DNA of 64,000 nt from Octopus sinensis (Eukaryota), in NCBI RefSeq assembly GCF_006345805.1, contig NC_043004.1:806001-870000 (forward strand), in the 5' to 3' direction. Within the stretch, counting starts at the first letter, position 1; each line of letters opens with the position of its first letter. This document shows, piece by piece, positions 26,028 to 39,346 of the stretch. The notes under the pieces are model-generated. The model was given only the letters and a program-made list of their open reading frames with translations. It was not told the origin of the DNA and did not search any database. Position numbers and translations under genes: made by a program.

Positions 26028-26999
26028 CTTTCTGTCTTTCTATCTCTCTGTCTGTCTATCTCTCTGTCTGTCTGTCTTTCTTTCTATCTCTCTGTCAGTC
26101 TGTCTTTCTATCTATCTGTCCGTCCGTCCATCCATCTATCCATCTATCTATCTATCTAATTGGTCCGGGAACGAAGTGCAGTGTCAATCGCTTTTTCCCC
26201 AGTTTGGGGTACTGTATTTTAACTCTTTACCTTTTCTTCCATATTTCTAAATAATTGTCTATAACCGTTGATTATTGTCAATGTCAGTTTTCTCAGGTTG
26301 AGAGAGACTTCGCACTTTAAAATGTCACATCTCTTGAAATAAATGAAGACAGGACGAACTTGAACGATTTTTTGACGATTAAGCTAAGGTTTATGGGAAA
26401 CATGTCGAAGACCTTTAAACTTTAGTCATCACTGCATCGTAATTGTTTTATAGTTAAAAATAATAAATTGTGTACACTGTAGGAACTTGAATGGGTGCGT
26501 GTGTAATTGCCATCAGTTTTGATATTAAAGACATTCCCTTTTTGGAAGTTTCTGGAAAGATTTCATTAAGTCTTTTCCTTTCATGTCATTCCAGTTCTTT
26601 TAAAATGACGTGATTTGTCAGTACTTGTCTCGGCAGGGTACTGTCATTCTTTCAACAACCCAGAAAATGGATAATAACTACATGTCATGTAGTTTTCTCC
26701 TTTTAACGGTCTGCTTTAGACAATAACACCTTCTTGGATGTCTTCGGCTGCCAAATAACACCCGATCTCTAAAATTAATGTCTGTTTAGTCTTATATCCT
26801 TATTGATACGTGTTGCATTGCTGTGAACTCTTGGGAAATCATTCCTCATTTACGCTTCTTTTGTTGCATGAGCTTGTAATCCAAATATTCTTTGAATCTT
26901 TTATTTGCGCCACGATTCGCAACTCTCACATCCACTTTGACACATACACACACTACACTGCATTGTGTAGAAGAGAGAGAGGGAGAGGGTGTATGTAAA

Positions 27000-27450
27000 G
27001 TCTAAAGTACTATTTATACGGTTGTAGTTGCCCACACGGCGCACCGTTGTATATTATCCACAAGCGTACAGAACACGGTGGCTAATGACATTCATAAAAT
27101 ACGTTCACACAATACAGATTTTTAGTATTGTCTTTCGTGTTAAAAAATAAATAAAATAATTCGTGTCTGTGATCAAGCTGTCACAACTTGTTGAGTTGAG
27201 CACTCCTCACCATTTTCAGACTTAAGTAGTAGTAAATCAGTCAGCTGTTAGCTACGCGCTCTTTCCTTTCTCTTTACGTAGGCTTACGTACACACACTAA
27301 CATTCACATCAGCATTTCCTCTTGTAATCTTGACTAATTTTATCATATTTCCTCTACGTTTCATCGCTATTTTCCTCATTTCCCTCCGTGATTAACTCTA
27401 CGCTCGCATCCCAGAATGTACGCGCAGGAAATCCAAATGAGATATATATT
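27000..27450. promoter_or_regulatory. Candidate promoter/5' region at the CpG-retained to CpG-depleted boundary
   Basis: Non-repetitive and CpG-containing. TCT-like CTCTTTCCTTT at 27259 (+); AAAATG|GTGAG at 27213-27206 (-). No transcript evidence. Confidence 0.25.
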
Positions 27451-28295
27451 TATAAAAAGCTAATATTTCTTGTTTGCTTGAGGTCTGCAGCAATATGCAT
27501 CTCTGATTTTAAACTTTGCATATGTGCAAGTTAAAACATCTAAAATTGCTTTAGTTTGCAAAGACGAAATGATGTAATGCGGACATATTGTTCCCAGATT
27601 TTTGCATTGATTTTACAGAAAGAACTCCGTTGGTACATGTTATTACCCATGCCATTATCTGGTGTTCTTCCTCGAAAGCAAACCACCCCCGTATTGACGC
27701 AAAATAATTTATGTTTAATTTGTGCTACATGAAAACTTCCGTGATTTTTATAATGTCTGAATAAGCTGGAGTCCTATTTAAAAAGTATTCTCTCCCAGGG
27801 TTTCAATATATATTATTACCAGTTAAGTAAGGTTTGGAAATATACATGGGAATTGTCAGAAAAACATTTTTTTCTTGTATTACAATCAAATTCTATTCCA
27901 AAATGCTAAGCTATGCCAACTAGGAATTAAGACAGTCCCTATGTTTGGTTGTTATGCAAATTGCATAAGCTTTGAGGATAAGTTTGAACCGATGACCTTG
28001 TAGTCAGGCCCTTCAATATCTCCCTCTTAGCCTTCTGTTCATAGCTGCTTTTGTTAACTACTTTTGTCTAAGTTTTCTTCTTGTCCACACAGATTATTAC
28101 TGTGCTGTGCTGGTATCATGTATAAAGCACCCAGTACACTCTGTAAAGTGGTTGGCATTAGAAAGGGCATCTAGCTGTCGAAACTGTGCCAAAACTGACA
28201 ACTGGAGTTTGGTGCAGTTCTCTGGCTTGCCAGCTCCTCTCAAACTGACCAACCCATACCAGTATAGAAAACAAACATTAAATGCTGATAATGAC

Positions 28296-28690
28296 GCAGG
28301 AGTGGCTGTGTGGTAAGTAGCTTGCTAACCAACCACATGGTTCCGGGTTCAGTCCCACTGCGTGGCATCTTGGGCAAGTGTCTTCTGCTATAGCCCCGGG
28401 CCGGCCAATGCCTTGTGAGTGGATTTGGTAGACGGAAACTGAAAGAAGCCTGTCGTATATATATATATGTGTATGTGTGTGTTTATGTGTCTGTGTTTGT
28501 CCCCCTAGCATTGCTTGACAGCCAATGCTGGTGTGTTTACGTCCCCGTCACTTAGCGGTTCGGCAAAAAGAGACCGATAGAATAAGTACTGGGCTTACAA
28601 AGAATAAGTCCTGGGGTCGATTTGCTCGACTAAAGGCGGTGCTCCAGCATGGCCGCAGTCAAGTGACTGAAACAAGTAAAAGAGTAAAGA
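28296..28690 (+). mobile_element. SINE S1, young copy
   Basis: Close to the in-window S1 consensus. Confidence 0.85.
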
Positions 28691-30336
28691 GAGAGAGAGA
28701 TGATGTCTGGCATGATTGTGTGGTTAAGAAGTTAGCTTCCCAACCAGATGGTTCTAGGTCCAGTCCCATAGCATGGCACTGTGGGCAAGAGTCTTCTACC
28801 ATACAGCTGGGCTTACAAAAGCTTTGTGAATGAATTTTCTGACAAAAATTGAAAGCAGAGTTGCTTGTTGTGCGTGTGTGTGTGTGTGTGTATATTTGTC
28901 TCTTTGTTTTAGCAGTGCATGATTGTTGTAAATGAATGTTGTCCATTTCCAATATTCTATGAAAACATGCCTAGCCAGGAGGAAATATTTACCTTGCTTG
29001 AAAATGGGTAAGTGTAGATGATACGAAGGGCATTTGGCCATAGAAAACCTGTCTCAATAAACTCTATCTGACCATGCATCTCCAATATGCTTGTTTATTC
29101 TTGTGCTGACAAGGAAATTTGTATATCACTCACAGACAACCTATAGCCCTGCTTACTTTCATTATGACTCAATTCCTATAGCCTATTGGTTACAAAAATG
29201 TTTGCCTATACCTGCTCTTACTTGACCTGATAGAAATAGCAGCCTAAATTTCCTTCAAACCATACTCAGCCTTCATAAAAATGAGCATTTTGGATGATAT
29301 ACTCTGGGTGATGTTATTTCTGACAATCTGATTGGATGGTCATGTCTTGACTACCTTTTGATCATAGGTCTGTCTGTCTTGATAAACATTGATTTGGTGT
29401 TAAAGAAAATTGGTTTGTCTATGCTTTGTCAAGTAATTCATCCCTGTCATCCTCATCATTTAACGTTCATTGTCCATGCTGGCATGGGTTGGACAATTTG
29501 ACCAGAGCTGGCAAGCTGGGGAGCTGCACCAGATTCCAGTCTGATTTGGCATGGTTTCTATGGCTAGATGCCCTTCCTGATGCCAACCACTTTACAGAGT
29601 GTACTGGATGCTTTTACGTGACACTACACGGGCACTTTTTATTTCCATGTTCTGATATAAACTTGGGACTTCAGAATTTTAACACTCTGCATTTGAAACT
29701 TTGCAATGGATCTTTCTACAGCCCTTATTACTGCTTCACCTGTCTCTAACCTCTGTCTCATTAATCTGCTTTTATAATATTAATAATTGATGTTGTTGCT
29801 GCTACACCAGTCATGGCAGCCACACAGTTCTAATAAGCTATGAGCCACTGAGGGAATTTATATGTGGTTGCTTGGCCTGCTTAAAAATAGCAGCCAAATT
29901 ACACACACACACACACACTTATACATACAGTGCATTTTAAAAAAGGAAGGATTCATTGAGGGCAAAGTCCTGAAAATAAGACTAGATGGTCACAGTTGGA
30001 TGATATTTGATCAAAGATCTATTCAATCAAGGCTGACCTAGGGTTAAATAACAATAACCAAAGCTTTGCTAATTGACTGTTTACGAAAAAGATTAGCTAA
30101 TGTAATCATTGTTAGAATGGCTTTGAGCATTGATCATCTCCATCAGAGCTGACCTACGGCTAAATAATTAACTAAACTTGATTAGTAGTTATCTTGATGG
30201 CTATCCAGAAGTTTTTAGTATTTCTTCAACTGTTGCTGGTGCTGCTCCTACAGCACCACTATCACTTGTGGCACTGGAGGGTATTCTTGATTTAATATTT
30301 GAACCAAATATTAAATTAACCGAAATTGAACTAAAT

Positions 30337-30800
30337 CCTATGACTGGCATCCGGCCGTTGCCAGTGCTGCTGGACTGACTTCTGTGCAAGTGGCAAGTAA
30401 AGAAACACTGTTTCGACCCTGTTATTGAGGAGACCTATTGAGTCAAGTATATCAACATAAAAAATGGAAATTGTAGTTGTGATCCCTGTGCTGGTGGCAC
30501 ATAAAAAGCACCATCCGAACGTGGCCGATGCCAGCGCCGCCTTGACTGGCTTCCGTGCCGGTGGCACGTAAAAAGCACCAACCGATCGTAGCCATTGCCA
30601 GCCTCGCCTGGCACCTGTGCTGGTGGCATGTAAAAAACACCCACTACACTCACGGAGTGGTTGGCGTTAGGAAGGGCATCCAGCTGTAGAAACACTGCCA
30701 GATCAGACTGGAACCTGGTGCAGCCTCCTGGCTTCCCAGACCCTGGTTAAACCGTCCAACCCATGCTAGCATGGAAAACGGACGTTAAACGATGATGATG
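30337..30800 (+). mobile_element. Family S3: ~60-67-bp subrepeats (GTGCCGGTGGCACGTAAAAAGCACC) plus RTE-type 3' tail (TGGTTGGCGTTAGGAAGGGCATCCAGC...CCCATGCTAGCATGGAAAACGGACGTTAAACGATGATG)
   Basis: About 20 full or partial copies between 28 and 64 kb; (GAT)n tail. Confidence 0.8.
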
Positions 30801-31314
30801 TGTTACAATGAAAGCATCAACAATGATAGTCTGAGATGAAATAATGTTTTAGGTGTCTCCTAAAGCTAAGTCCAAGGCAACAGCTTGGCTGAGCCATTAG
30901 CATGTCAGATACAATGCTTAGCAGCATTTTCTTCTGGTTCTTACATCACCGCCATCATCATCATCATCATATGTCTGTTTTCCATGCTGACATGGGTTGG
31001 ATGGTTTGAGAGGTGCTGGCGAGCTGTAGGGTTGTACCATCTATGTATGGATGCTTCTCCTCTCACTCTTACGCACCCTGTGCCCTCCAGTCCTTGTCCA
31101 ATGCTGATTCTTTCCCTGCCACCTCAACAATGCTATCGCAACCACATTAGCGTGCATGTGTTACACCCGCATGCATAGATACCAGAAGCATACATATGTA
31201 CACACACACACCAAACAAACGCATGCTATATATATATATATATATATATATATTCTTCCAGACAAACATGTTCTCACATGCATGTGTATATATCAGGCAC
31301 TAATGCACATGTAT

Positions 31315-31353
<39 letters not shown>

Positions 31354-32049
31354 CTCTCTCTCCCTCTCTTTCTCTCGCTTTGGCCTTGCTTCTGTCAGCT
31401 TCTCAGACAGCAAGACACCAAGCAGTTCAAAATATTTTCCTTTCCGATGCATATAGTGTTGCTGAAATTCCAATCTTACCCCCAAAACCACCATGTGACC
31501 TGCCTTGACCAAAGCAACCCATTTTCCAGTAGCCACTTGAACTTCCTGTGTTCCTCCATTCGATAATCTTAGCCTGAATGAATCAGGTTTCTATTAGAAA
31601 CCTGTGAAATTTTTTGCTGTTGAGAGCCAAATCAAACTTTTAAATAATAATAATAATAATAATAATAAAGCAAACATAATTTTCTTATGGTTTCTTAAAC
31701 ATTCTCTAGAACAACACTATGTACAAAACCAAATATATGGCACCCTAACCATAACACCAACATGAACTTCCAACTTGTTGTCTCTTGAGGTCTCTGGGTG
31801 AGACTTGGAGTCAGCTTGTACAAATGTAAGCAAAAGTCAAACATAAAATAATAATAATAATAATAATAATATTGGTGTTAGGAAGGGCATCCAGCTGTAA
31901 AAACCATGCCATATGAGATTGGAACCTGGTGCAACTCTCCAGCTTACCAGTTTGTCAAACCATCTAATCCCTGCCAGCATGGAACGTAAACACTAAATGA
32001 ATAATAATAATATTAATAATAATAATAATAATAAATATATATATTTATA

Positions 32050-32268
32050 TATAACGGGAAGCTTTATGAAAATAGAAAAAAAGACGAAGGCAGGTGGAAA
32101 ACAAACAAACAATTGTATTAGTATGGCGCTCAGGAAATATAAATAAAACAAGTCTTTAACGTTTCGAGCCTACGCTCTTCAACAGAAAGATACACAGAGA
32201 GAAAAAAACACAGAAAGAAGGAGAGAAAAAAAATGCGTGCAGTAACTAACGAACCAACATGGCGATGT
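32050..32268 (-). mobile_element. Short Penelope-like terminal-repeat element with hammerhead
   Basis: Abuts (TA)n on one side and a Helitron on the other; second copy at about 17240-17390. Confidence 0.6.
32153..32190 (-). ncRNA. Minimal type I hammerhead motif, variant core CUGUUGA
   Basis: UCUUU-CUGUUGA-A-GAGC(GUAG)GCUC-GAAAC-GUU-AAAGA; stem I shows a compensatory C-G relative to 5960. Confidence 0.55.
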
Positions 32269-32269
32269 A

Positions 32270-32662
32270 CTAGCAGTATTGCCTTGTGTAGCTCGGGTTT
32301 GTTTCGATCCTTTAGAATTGGAATTTTTGAAAAGTAAAAATTCTGCATTATGTAGCTTGTTTTTCTCTTTAAGTGAACATTTTTCTGGTTGAAATACACC
32401 GTAAAATGGCGACACAGCAGTAAAAAAATCATTAAAAAATAGGGATTTTCATAGGAAAAAAAGCACCTTTTTGATGTAAATAATTTTTGGTGTTAATCTG
32501 GTCCGATTTGAATTTTTTCTTCTATGGATGGAAGAGCAAGCCTTCTTCTATCATGCTCTCAATTTTGGTCAACTTGCACTGCAGGGTCTCGGAATGAGAT
32601 TGTGTTAGTTGAAGGCTACCAAACCTGCCATAAACAGACAACTTAAGCTTTATATATATAGA
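32270..32662 (-). mobile_element. Non-autonomous Helitron H1
   Basis: Third copy; A|TC...CTAG|T termini. Confidence 0.85.
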
Positions 32663-33106
32663 TATATGTATATATATATATGTACACATGGCAGGTGTAT
32701 ACATTAACACATTGGTGATTAAAATGTTAGTCTTTCATGCTTTAAGTATGTAAATAATATCAAGACAACCCTCACATACGTGCATGTGTCTATATATGCA
32801 TTATGTATGTTCTTGAAGCATGACTGACAGTGCGGGCATCAATGGGTGAATGTTTACATTTGTACAAAGGCTGTGAAGATGCACCCAGCTATTTGCATAG
32901 TTTGTCATTCAATGACAAACTATGCAAATGACAATGTTGAAATACATTCCTTATTTGGAAACAAGTAAAGGTTGGTGACAAGAAGAGCATTCAATAGTAG
33001 AAAGCTGCCTTAACATTTCTCGTGTAACCGACGCAAGCCTAGAAAAAGCAGATGTAAATATGAAATGATTGTGATAGAATTCAAATTTCAAATGTAAAAT
33101 GTTTGA

Positions 33107-33268
33107 GGCACAGGAGTGGCTGTGTGGTAAGTAGCTTGCTTACCAACCACATGGTTCTGGGTTCAGTTCCACTGCGTGGCACCTTGGGTAGGTGTCTTCT
33201 ACTATAGCCTCGGGCCGACCAAAGCCTTGTGAGTGGATTTGGTAGATGGAAACTGAAAGAAGCCTGTC

Positions 33269-33318
<50 letters not shown>

Positions 33319-33472
33319 TTGTGTGTCTGTGTTTGTCCCCCACAACATCGCTTGACACCCAATGCTGGTGTGTTTATGTCCCCGTAACTTAGCGGTTCGA
33401 CAAAAGAGACTGATAGAATAAGTCCAGGGGTCGATTTGCTCGACTAAAGGCGGTGCTCCACCAGTAAAAGAG
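33107..33472 (+). mobile_element. SINE S1
   Basis: Colinear with 28296-28690. Confidence 0.85.
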
Positions 33473-34279
33473 TAATACTGAAGCCCAACTTAGTCCTATT
33501 ATATGACTGTCCCTGCCAGCCCCGCCCTCAAGTTGCTAAGTGTCACTATTAGTATTAATAACAACGATAATCATCTTCATTTAATGTCCGTTGTCCATGC
33601 TGGCATGGGTTGGATGGTTTGACTGGGGCTGGTATGCTAGATGGCTGCACCAGACTCCTGTCTGATTTGGCATGGATTTCTACAGCTGGATGCTCTTCCT
33701 AATGCCAACCACTACCAGAGTGTAATTGGTGCTTTTATGTACCACCAGCACAGGTGCCATTTGCTCAATACTTGTATCTACCATGACTGCAATTTTGCTT
33801 TGCTTGATAGGTCTTCTCAAGCACGACATAATGCCAAAGGTCTCGGTCATTGCCCCCAATAATAATAATAATAATCCTTTCTGCTATCGGCACAAAACCT
33901 GAAATTTGGGCGAGTAGCCTAGTCAATAACACTGACCCCTGTGCTCAACAGGTACTAATTTCATCAACCCCGAAAGGATGAAAGGCAATATCAACCTTGG
34001 CGGAATTTGAACTCAGAATTTAATGCTTGGCAGAATGCTAATGATTCTGCCACCTTTGGGAACCAATAGGTTTTGAGGGGAGGGGGAAGCCAGTTACACT
34101 GACCTCAGTATACTTGACTGGTATGTATTTTATCGACCCAGAAATGATGAAAGGCAAAGGTGACCTTTGTGGGATTTGAACATGGAACCTAAAGACGGAT
34201 GGTATATCACTGAGCATTTTGTCCTGCATGCTAACCATTCTGTTAGCCCACTGCCTTCAATAATAATAACAATATGCAG

Positions 34280-34840
34280 TACCAGACAGTGGCTCTCGTG
34301 GCTTCTGATCTTAGCTGATTGGAAGTGTTATGTACATTGTTTTGTCTTGGTATAAAAGATGGGCTATAGCAAATGTTCTGCTCAATAGCACAGATTTGTC
34401 TGTCAGTTGTTTGACCTTAACCAGTTGAGCATGTCCCTTAGTGGCTGACGATATGTACATCCCTGATAATGAGCAGAAGTAGTGGGGAGCATCATAGCCA
34501 TGTGTTGAGAGGGATACTTTGGGGTTTGAATAATTTACCTTTGGAAACATGGGTGGTTCGTTCAACATCCTTAAACAACCCTTATTCAGGGACCTTTTGA
34601 GAGGGATGGGTTACTTGACCAGAAGAAATTTCTACCTGGGCCCGACCTGCAATGTCATGTGCTGTTTATCTTGGTACGAGATCACCATGTCGTACACATA
34701 TGGTTGTGATGCATGTGCTTGGTGTACCCTTATCAGATGGGTAGTCATGATGGGTATACTGGGCTTCGTATATTTTAACCCAGTGTCACTTTGATGGCAT
34801 GCACTGCTCTCTCACTCAATAATAATAATGATAATAATAA
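34280..34840 (+). mobile_element. ~560-bp interspersed-repeat-like element with (AAT)n tail (probable LINE 3'UTR or SINE)
   Basis: Ends ...CTCTCTCACTCAATAATAATAAT; single copy here; recalled as a common octopod repeat, not verified. Confidence 0.45.
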
Positions 34841-35084
34841 AAGTAATAACAATAGGTTTAATTATTATTATGCAACTTACTCAACACTGAAAGGCAATGA
34901 GGAAACTGAGCATGACTCTCAGCAAATATTTAGCATCACAATAAATTAGAAACAACAACAACCCAACCAATAACACCTATCTTAAGAACACAGGTGTGTA
35001 CCTCCTCCTGTGAAAAACAGTTTCTTTATTTCTTATATGACAATAGAAAACCAGGCATGCAAAACATATTCACTGAAGTGTGTA

Positions 35085-35133
<49 letters not shown>

Positions 35134-35924
35134 GTGTGTGTGTGTATATAGATATATAAAATGATTATTAATGTAGACATAAAAAAAAAAGAGAAAAAGG
35201 TCAATGTAGACAGCAAATCTAATTGTCTGTTTACTTGTCTCTGTCAGCGTGGGTGTAGGTCTCATATTTTAAACTGTATGCATGTTAATATTAATAGTAT
35301 GGGAATTCAGAGAAGCAAATAAAAAAAAATAATTGCAGTCTCATTAAATTATATTTTGCTACATATTACATAACTTTTATTATTTCTTTGTTTTTTTTTA
35401 TTTTTGGTTATTTTGCTTTTCATTAAAATAGTTTGCACATTTATTCATCCCTTCATTTATTCGTTCATATTCCAAGAATAACTTGAAGGCATTTTGTGCG
35501 GTTAATATTATGAAAATCTGTTAGGCAATGAACTAAAGGAGTGCTACTGTGCCGGGGTAAAATGCTTTGCAACATTTCTTCCAACTTTACGTTTCAGGTT
35601 CAAATAGCACTGGGGTTGACTTTGCCTTTCCTCCCTTTGTCGTTGATAAAATATGTGTTTGTTGAACACTGGGGTTGATGGAATTGACCCACGCTCTTTC
35701 TCTAAAATGCTGGCCTTGTGCCAAAATTTGAAACTAATATAATAAAAATCTATAAGGCTGCAAACTGGCAGAGTTTGTTCGTATGGTGGGCATAAAGCTT
35801 AGTGGTATTTCATCCGCTTTTATATTCTCAGTTCAAATTTTGCTGAAGTTGACTTTGCCTTTCATCCTTTTGGGGTTGATAAAGTACCAGTTGTGTACTG
35901 GGGTGGGGGTCACAGACATAGCTC

Positions 35925-36225
35925 CCCGTGCTGGTGGCACATAAAATGCACCATCCGAATGTGGTTGATGCACCCCCTCCTCGCCCTGACTGATTCCTGT
36001 GCCAGTAGTATGGCTGATGCCAGTGGCGCCAGACTGGCTCCCGTGCCGGTGGCACATTAGGAGCGCCCACTACACTCTCAGAGTGGTTGGTGTTACGAAG
36101 GGCATCCAGCTGTAGAAACATTGCCTGATCAGATTGGAGCCTGGTGTGGCCTTCTGGCTTGCCAGTCCCCAGTCAAACTGTCCAACCCATGCCAGCATGG
36201 AAAGCAGATGTTAAACAACGATGGT
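35925..36225 (+). mobile_element. Family S3 copy
   Basis: Subrepeats plus RTE-type tail. Confidence 0.75.
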
Positions 36226-36484
36226 GATGATAATATCTCTGTGGTTATGAAGCTCATTTGGCAAGCATGTGGTTTTGGGTTCAATCCTACTCTGGTTCAG
36301 TTCTACTCCTCTGCTCCCTGGGCAAGTGCCTTCAGCTGACCAACATCTTGTGAGGGAATTTGGCAGACGGTAACAAGGTGGACGTCCATTTTGCATGTGT
36401 GTGTGTGTGTGTGTATTTGTGTGTTTGTTTTCACCACCACATAACTGATATTGGTTTGTATGTGTCCCTGTAACTTAGTAGTTC

Positions 36485-36812
36485 GCTGGTGGCATGTAAA
36501 AGGGTACCATTCAAGTGTGATTGTTACCAGCGTCGCCTTACTGGCACCTGTGCCAGTAGCATGTGTAAAAAGATTTGAGCGAGGTCATTGCCAGTACCGC
36601 CTGACTTGCCCCCGTGCCGGTGGCACGTATAAAGCACCCACTACACTCGTGGAGTGGTTGGCGTTCGGAAGGGCATTCAGCTGTAGAAACTCTGTCACAT
36701 CAAGATTGAAGCTTGGTGCAGCCATCTGGTTCACCAGCCCTGTCAAAATTGTCCGACCCATGCTAGCATGGAAAGCGGACGTCAAACGATGATAATGATG
36801 ATGATGATGAAA
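36485..36812 (+). mobile_element. Family S3 copy
   Basis: Subrepeats plus RTE-type tail with (GAT)n. Confidence 0.75.
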
Positions 36813-37438
36813 AAACATCAGTACTAGAGTTGATTTGTTCAACTAAATTTTTGAAAGATGGTGCTCCAGCATGGCTGCAGTCCATTGACTGAAACATGTC
36901 AAAGATAAAAGACGGCTATCTTTTCACTCGATTATTGTATTGCTGTTATTTAATCTCAATTAAACAAACCTTTGCTCAAAGGCATCCCAGCCATGACCAT
37001 CTACCTGTCTTTTTGTGTATATAGACATTGTTTAATGCAGGGGTCAGCGAACTGGGGTAAAATGCCCCAAGTGAGGTAACATTGAAACTCTTGGGGGAAA
37101 TGAGGTCTTATTGCACATAAGTAAAATTATAAAAAGCGTGTTCTTTGTTTTCTATGATTTCCTTCCATTCAAATCAAGGAGTAATCATCATTTAACATCC
37201 GTTGTCCATGCTGGCATGGGTTGGATAGTTTTACCAGGGCTAGTAAGCTGGAAGGCTGCACCAGACTCTAGTCTGATTTTGGCATGGTTTCTATGGCTAG
37301 ATGCCTTTCCTAACAATGTTGGTGTAAATATATTTTGGAGTAATTGGTTAAAAAAAAAGTTCCCTGACCCCTGGTCTAATGTGTCCTTCTTCTAACAATG
37401 CCAATATAGAGGCCATCTAAGAGAATGGAACTTATAAG

Positions 37439-37693
37439 CCTTAAACATTTAAACCGGTCATATCTGGCCCAAATATTCTTCCTGTTTGTGTTCAAAAATG
37501 GCCAGATCTGGCCCCCACACCTAGCCTAGCATGATACTCTAAAAATAGTGAGACCTACTCTACAGTGTCACTCTAAAAATAGTAAACAATCACCTCGTCA
37601 AAATCTGAAAGCTACAAGATAATGCATAATTAATTGAAAACAATATCAATAAAAATGCATTGTGTTTGATGGAGTAATCTGAATGCTAAAGGG
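37439..37693. mobile_element. piggyBac-type MITE, family P2
   Basis: Ends GCTAAAGGG|TTAA; further copies at 39128-39346, about 52490-52643 and 58599-58767. Confidence 0.7.
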
Positions 37694-38848
37694 TTAAACT
37701 TTAAATTTGATGGAGAACTCATCATCATCATTGTTTAACATCTGATTTTCAGGCTGGCATGGGTTGGACAGTTTGACTAAGGACTGTTTGCTTGAATCAG
37801 ATGGAATTTGTTGAATTAGTTTTCCTACAGCTGGATGCCTTTCCTGTCAGCAACCCTCACCTGTAATAATATCCAAGTTAGAAACAGTTATTGATAGAAG
37901 GTGGTTGGTGAGCAGAAATGTAAGAGAATTGGGAAAATGCCTTGTGGTATTCATTTTGGCACTTTACATTCATCATCATCATCATTTAATGTCTGTTTTT
38001 TCATGCTGGCATGGGTTGGACATTCTGAGTTCAAATTCCACCAGGCCAACTTTCTAGTTTCATCCTTTCAAAGTTGATACAATAAAAAAGTACCAGTCAA
38101 GTAGTTAGAATGATTTCATTGATTCTGCCCCCTCATAGATTTGTGACCTTGTGCCTATCTTTGAGTTTGCCAAAGGTTGTGTTCATTTAAAATCTAATGA
38201 CTGTGCTATGGGTTACTTAGTTTTTATGGCTATTTTCCCATGCGAGCGAGTTTTACAAATCTTATTAAAGCGGCTTTTCTAAGGCTTAATTGTTTTCCAA
38301 GTACGGTATTTTGTTTCATTCCATTGGTCCTGAAACTATGGAGCTTTTTGCTGACCAGACACTGTAAACAAACACACTGCCTTTATTCAGATGGCGCTGA
38401 CGAGGAGCTGTTGTATGTTATGCCCTGATGCATGTATGGACATGAATATATGCACACATACACACATGCTTTTTTCAGTTTATCTCTATCAATCCACTTA
38501 TAAGGCATTGGTCAGCCTGAGGCTACCATAAGAAATTCTGCTCAGAGATTGAACCTGGAGCTACAGAGTAATGAAACGAAGTCTGGAGCCACACAACCAT
38601 GCCTATAATTTTTTTTCTTTTCTTCTAAGGTCCTCTATGTTTCCAGCAAAACTCCTAAAATCTTTCACCACTGGAAATTATTACAATTAAAAATCCTCTT
38701 CCTGGTCACATTTTCCTTTTAAATGTCCCACCCATGCCAGCATGGAAGGTGGAATTTAAGCGATGATGATGATGTTATTTACAAGTATTCAAATTTGAAC
38801 ATGAAGCAAATTAATGCACCATTCTATTAGGGCCTTTAAAAGCATTAA

Positions 38849-39069
38849 CCCTTTCGTTACCAACCCGGCTGAAGCCAGCTCTGGCTCAGTGGTACAAATG
38901 TCTTGTTTTCATAATTTTTGAATTAAAATCTTCCACCAAATCTTAGTCACAATTTATGTTCCTAATACTAGCTTAATGATAACTAAGTTGTTTTACTAAA
39001 TTCTTTGTTATATTTAAAGTAATTGAAAGAAACACAGATCATCTCAAAATAAATATGGTAACAAAAGGG
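38849..39069. mobile_element. piggyBac-type MITE, family P1
   Basis: TTAA|CCCTTTCGTTACC ... GGTAACAAAAGGG|TTAA. Confidence 0.85.
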
Positions 39070-39127
39070 TTAAGCACAGTTTGCTTTGCCTCTAACAATA
39101 CCATAACAATATGGAGTTGATAACTAT

Positions 39128-39346
39128 AAGTTCTTTAGCATTCAGATTATGCTATCAAATGTAATGCTTGTTTGTTGACATTGTCTTCAATTAATCATGC
39201 ATCATCGTGTAGCTTTGAGATTTCAATGATGTGATTGTATGTTTTTTGAATGATAAGGGAGGTGTGCGAGGTAAGAACTTGCCAGTTTGGACACAGAAAC
39301 AGATAGAATATTTGAGTTGGACATAGCTGGTTTAAATGCTAAATGG
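39128..39346. mobile_element. piggyBac-type MITE P2, followed by a partial tandem copy to about 39470
   Basis: Reverse complement of 37439-37693; TTAA at 39347. Confidence 0.65.

Noticed and set aside
30178-30378. ORF MISSYLDGYPEVF...LEGILDLIFEPN
   Set aside because: The low-complexity core is open in all frames, it runs into an S3 repeat, and it has no recognisable domain.
30480-30640. CRISPR-like repeat-spacer appearance of the S3 subrepeats
   Set aside because: Eukaryotic context, no cas genes, and the spacers are homologous across dispersed copies.
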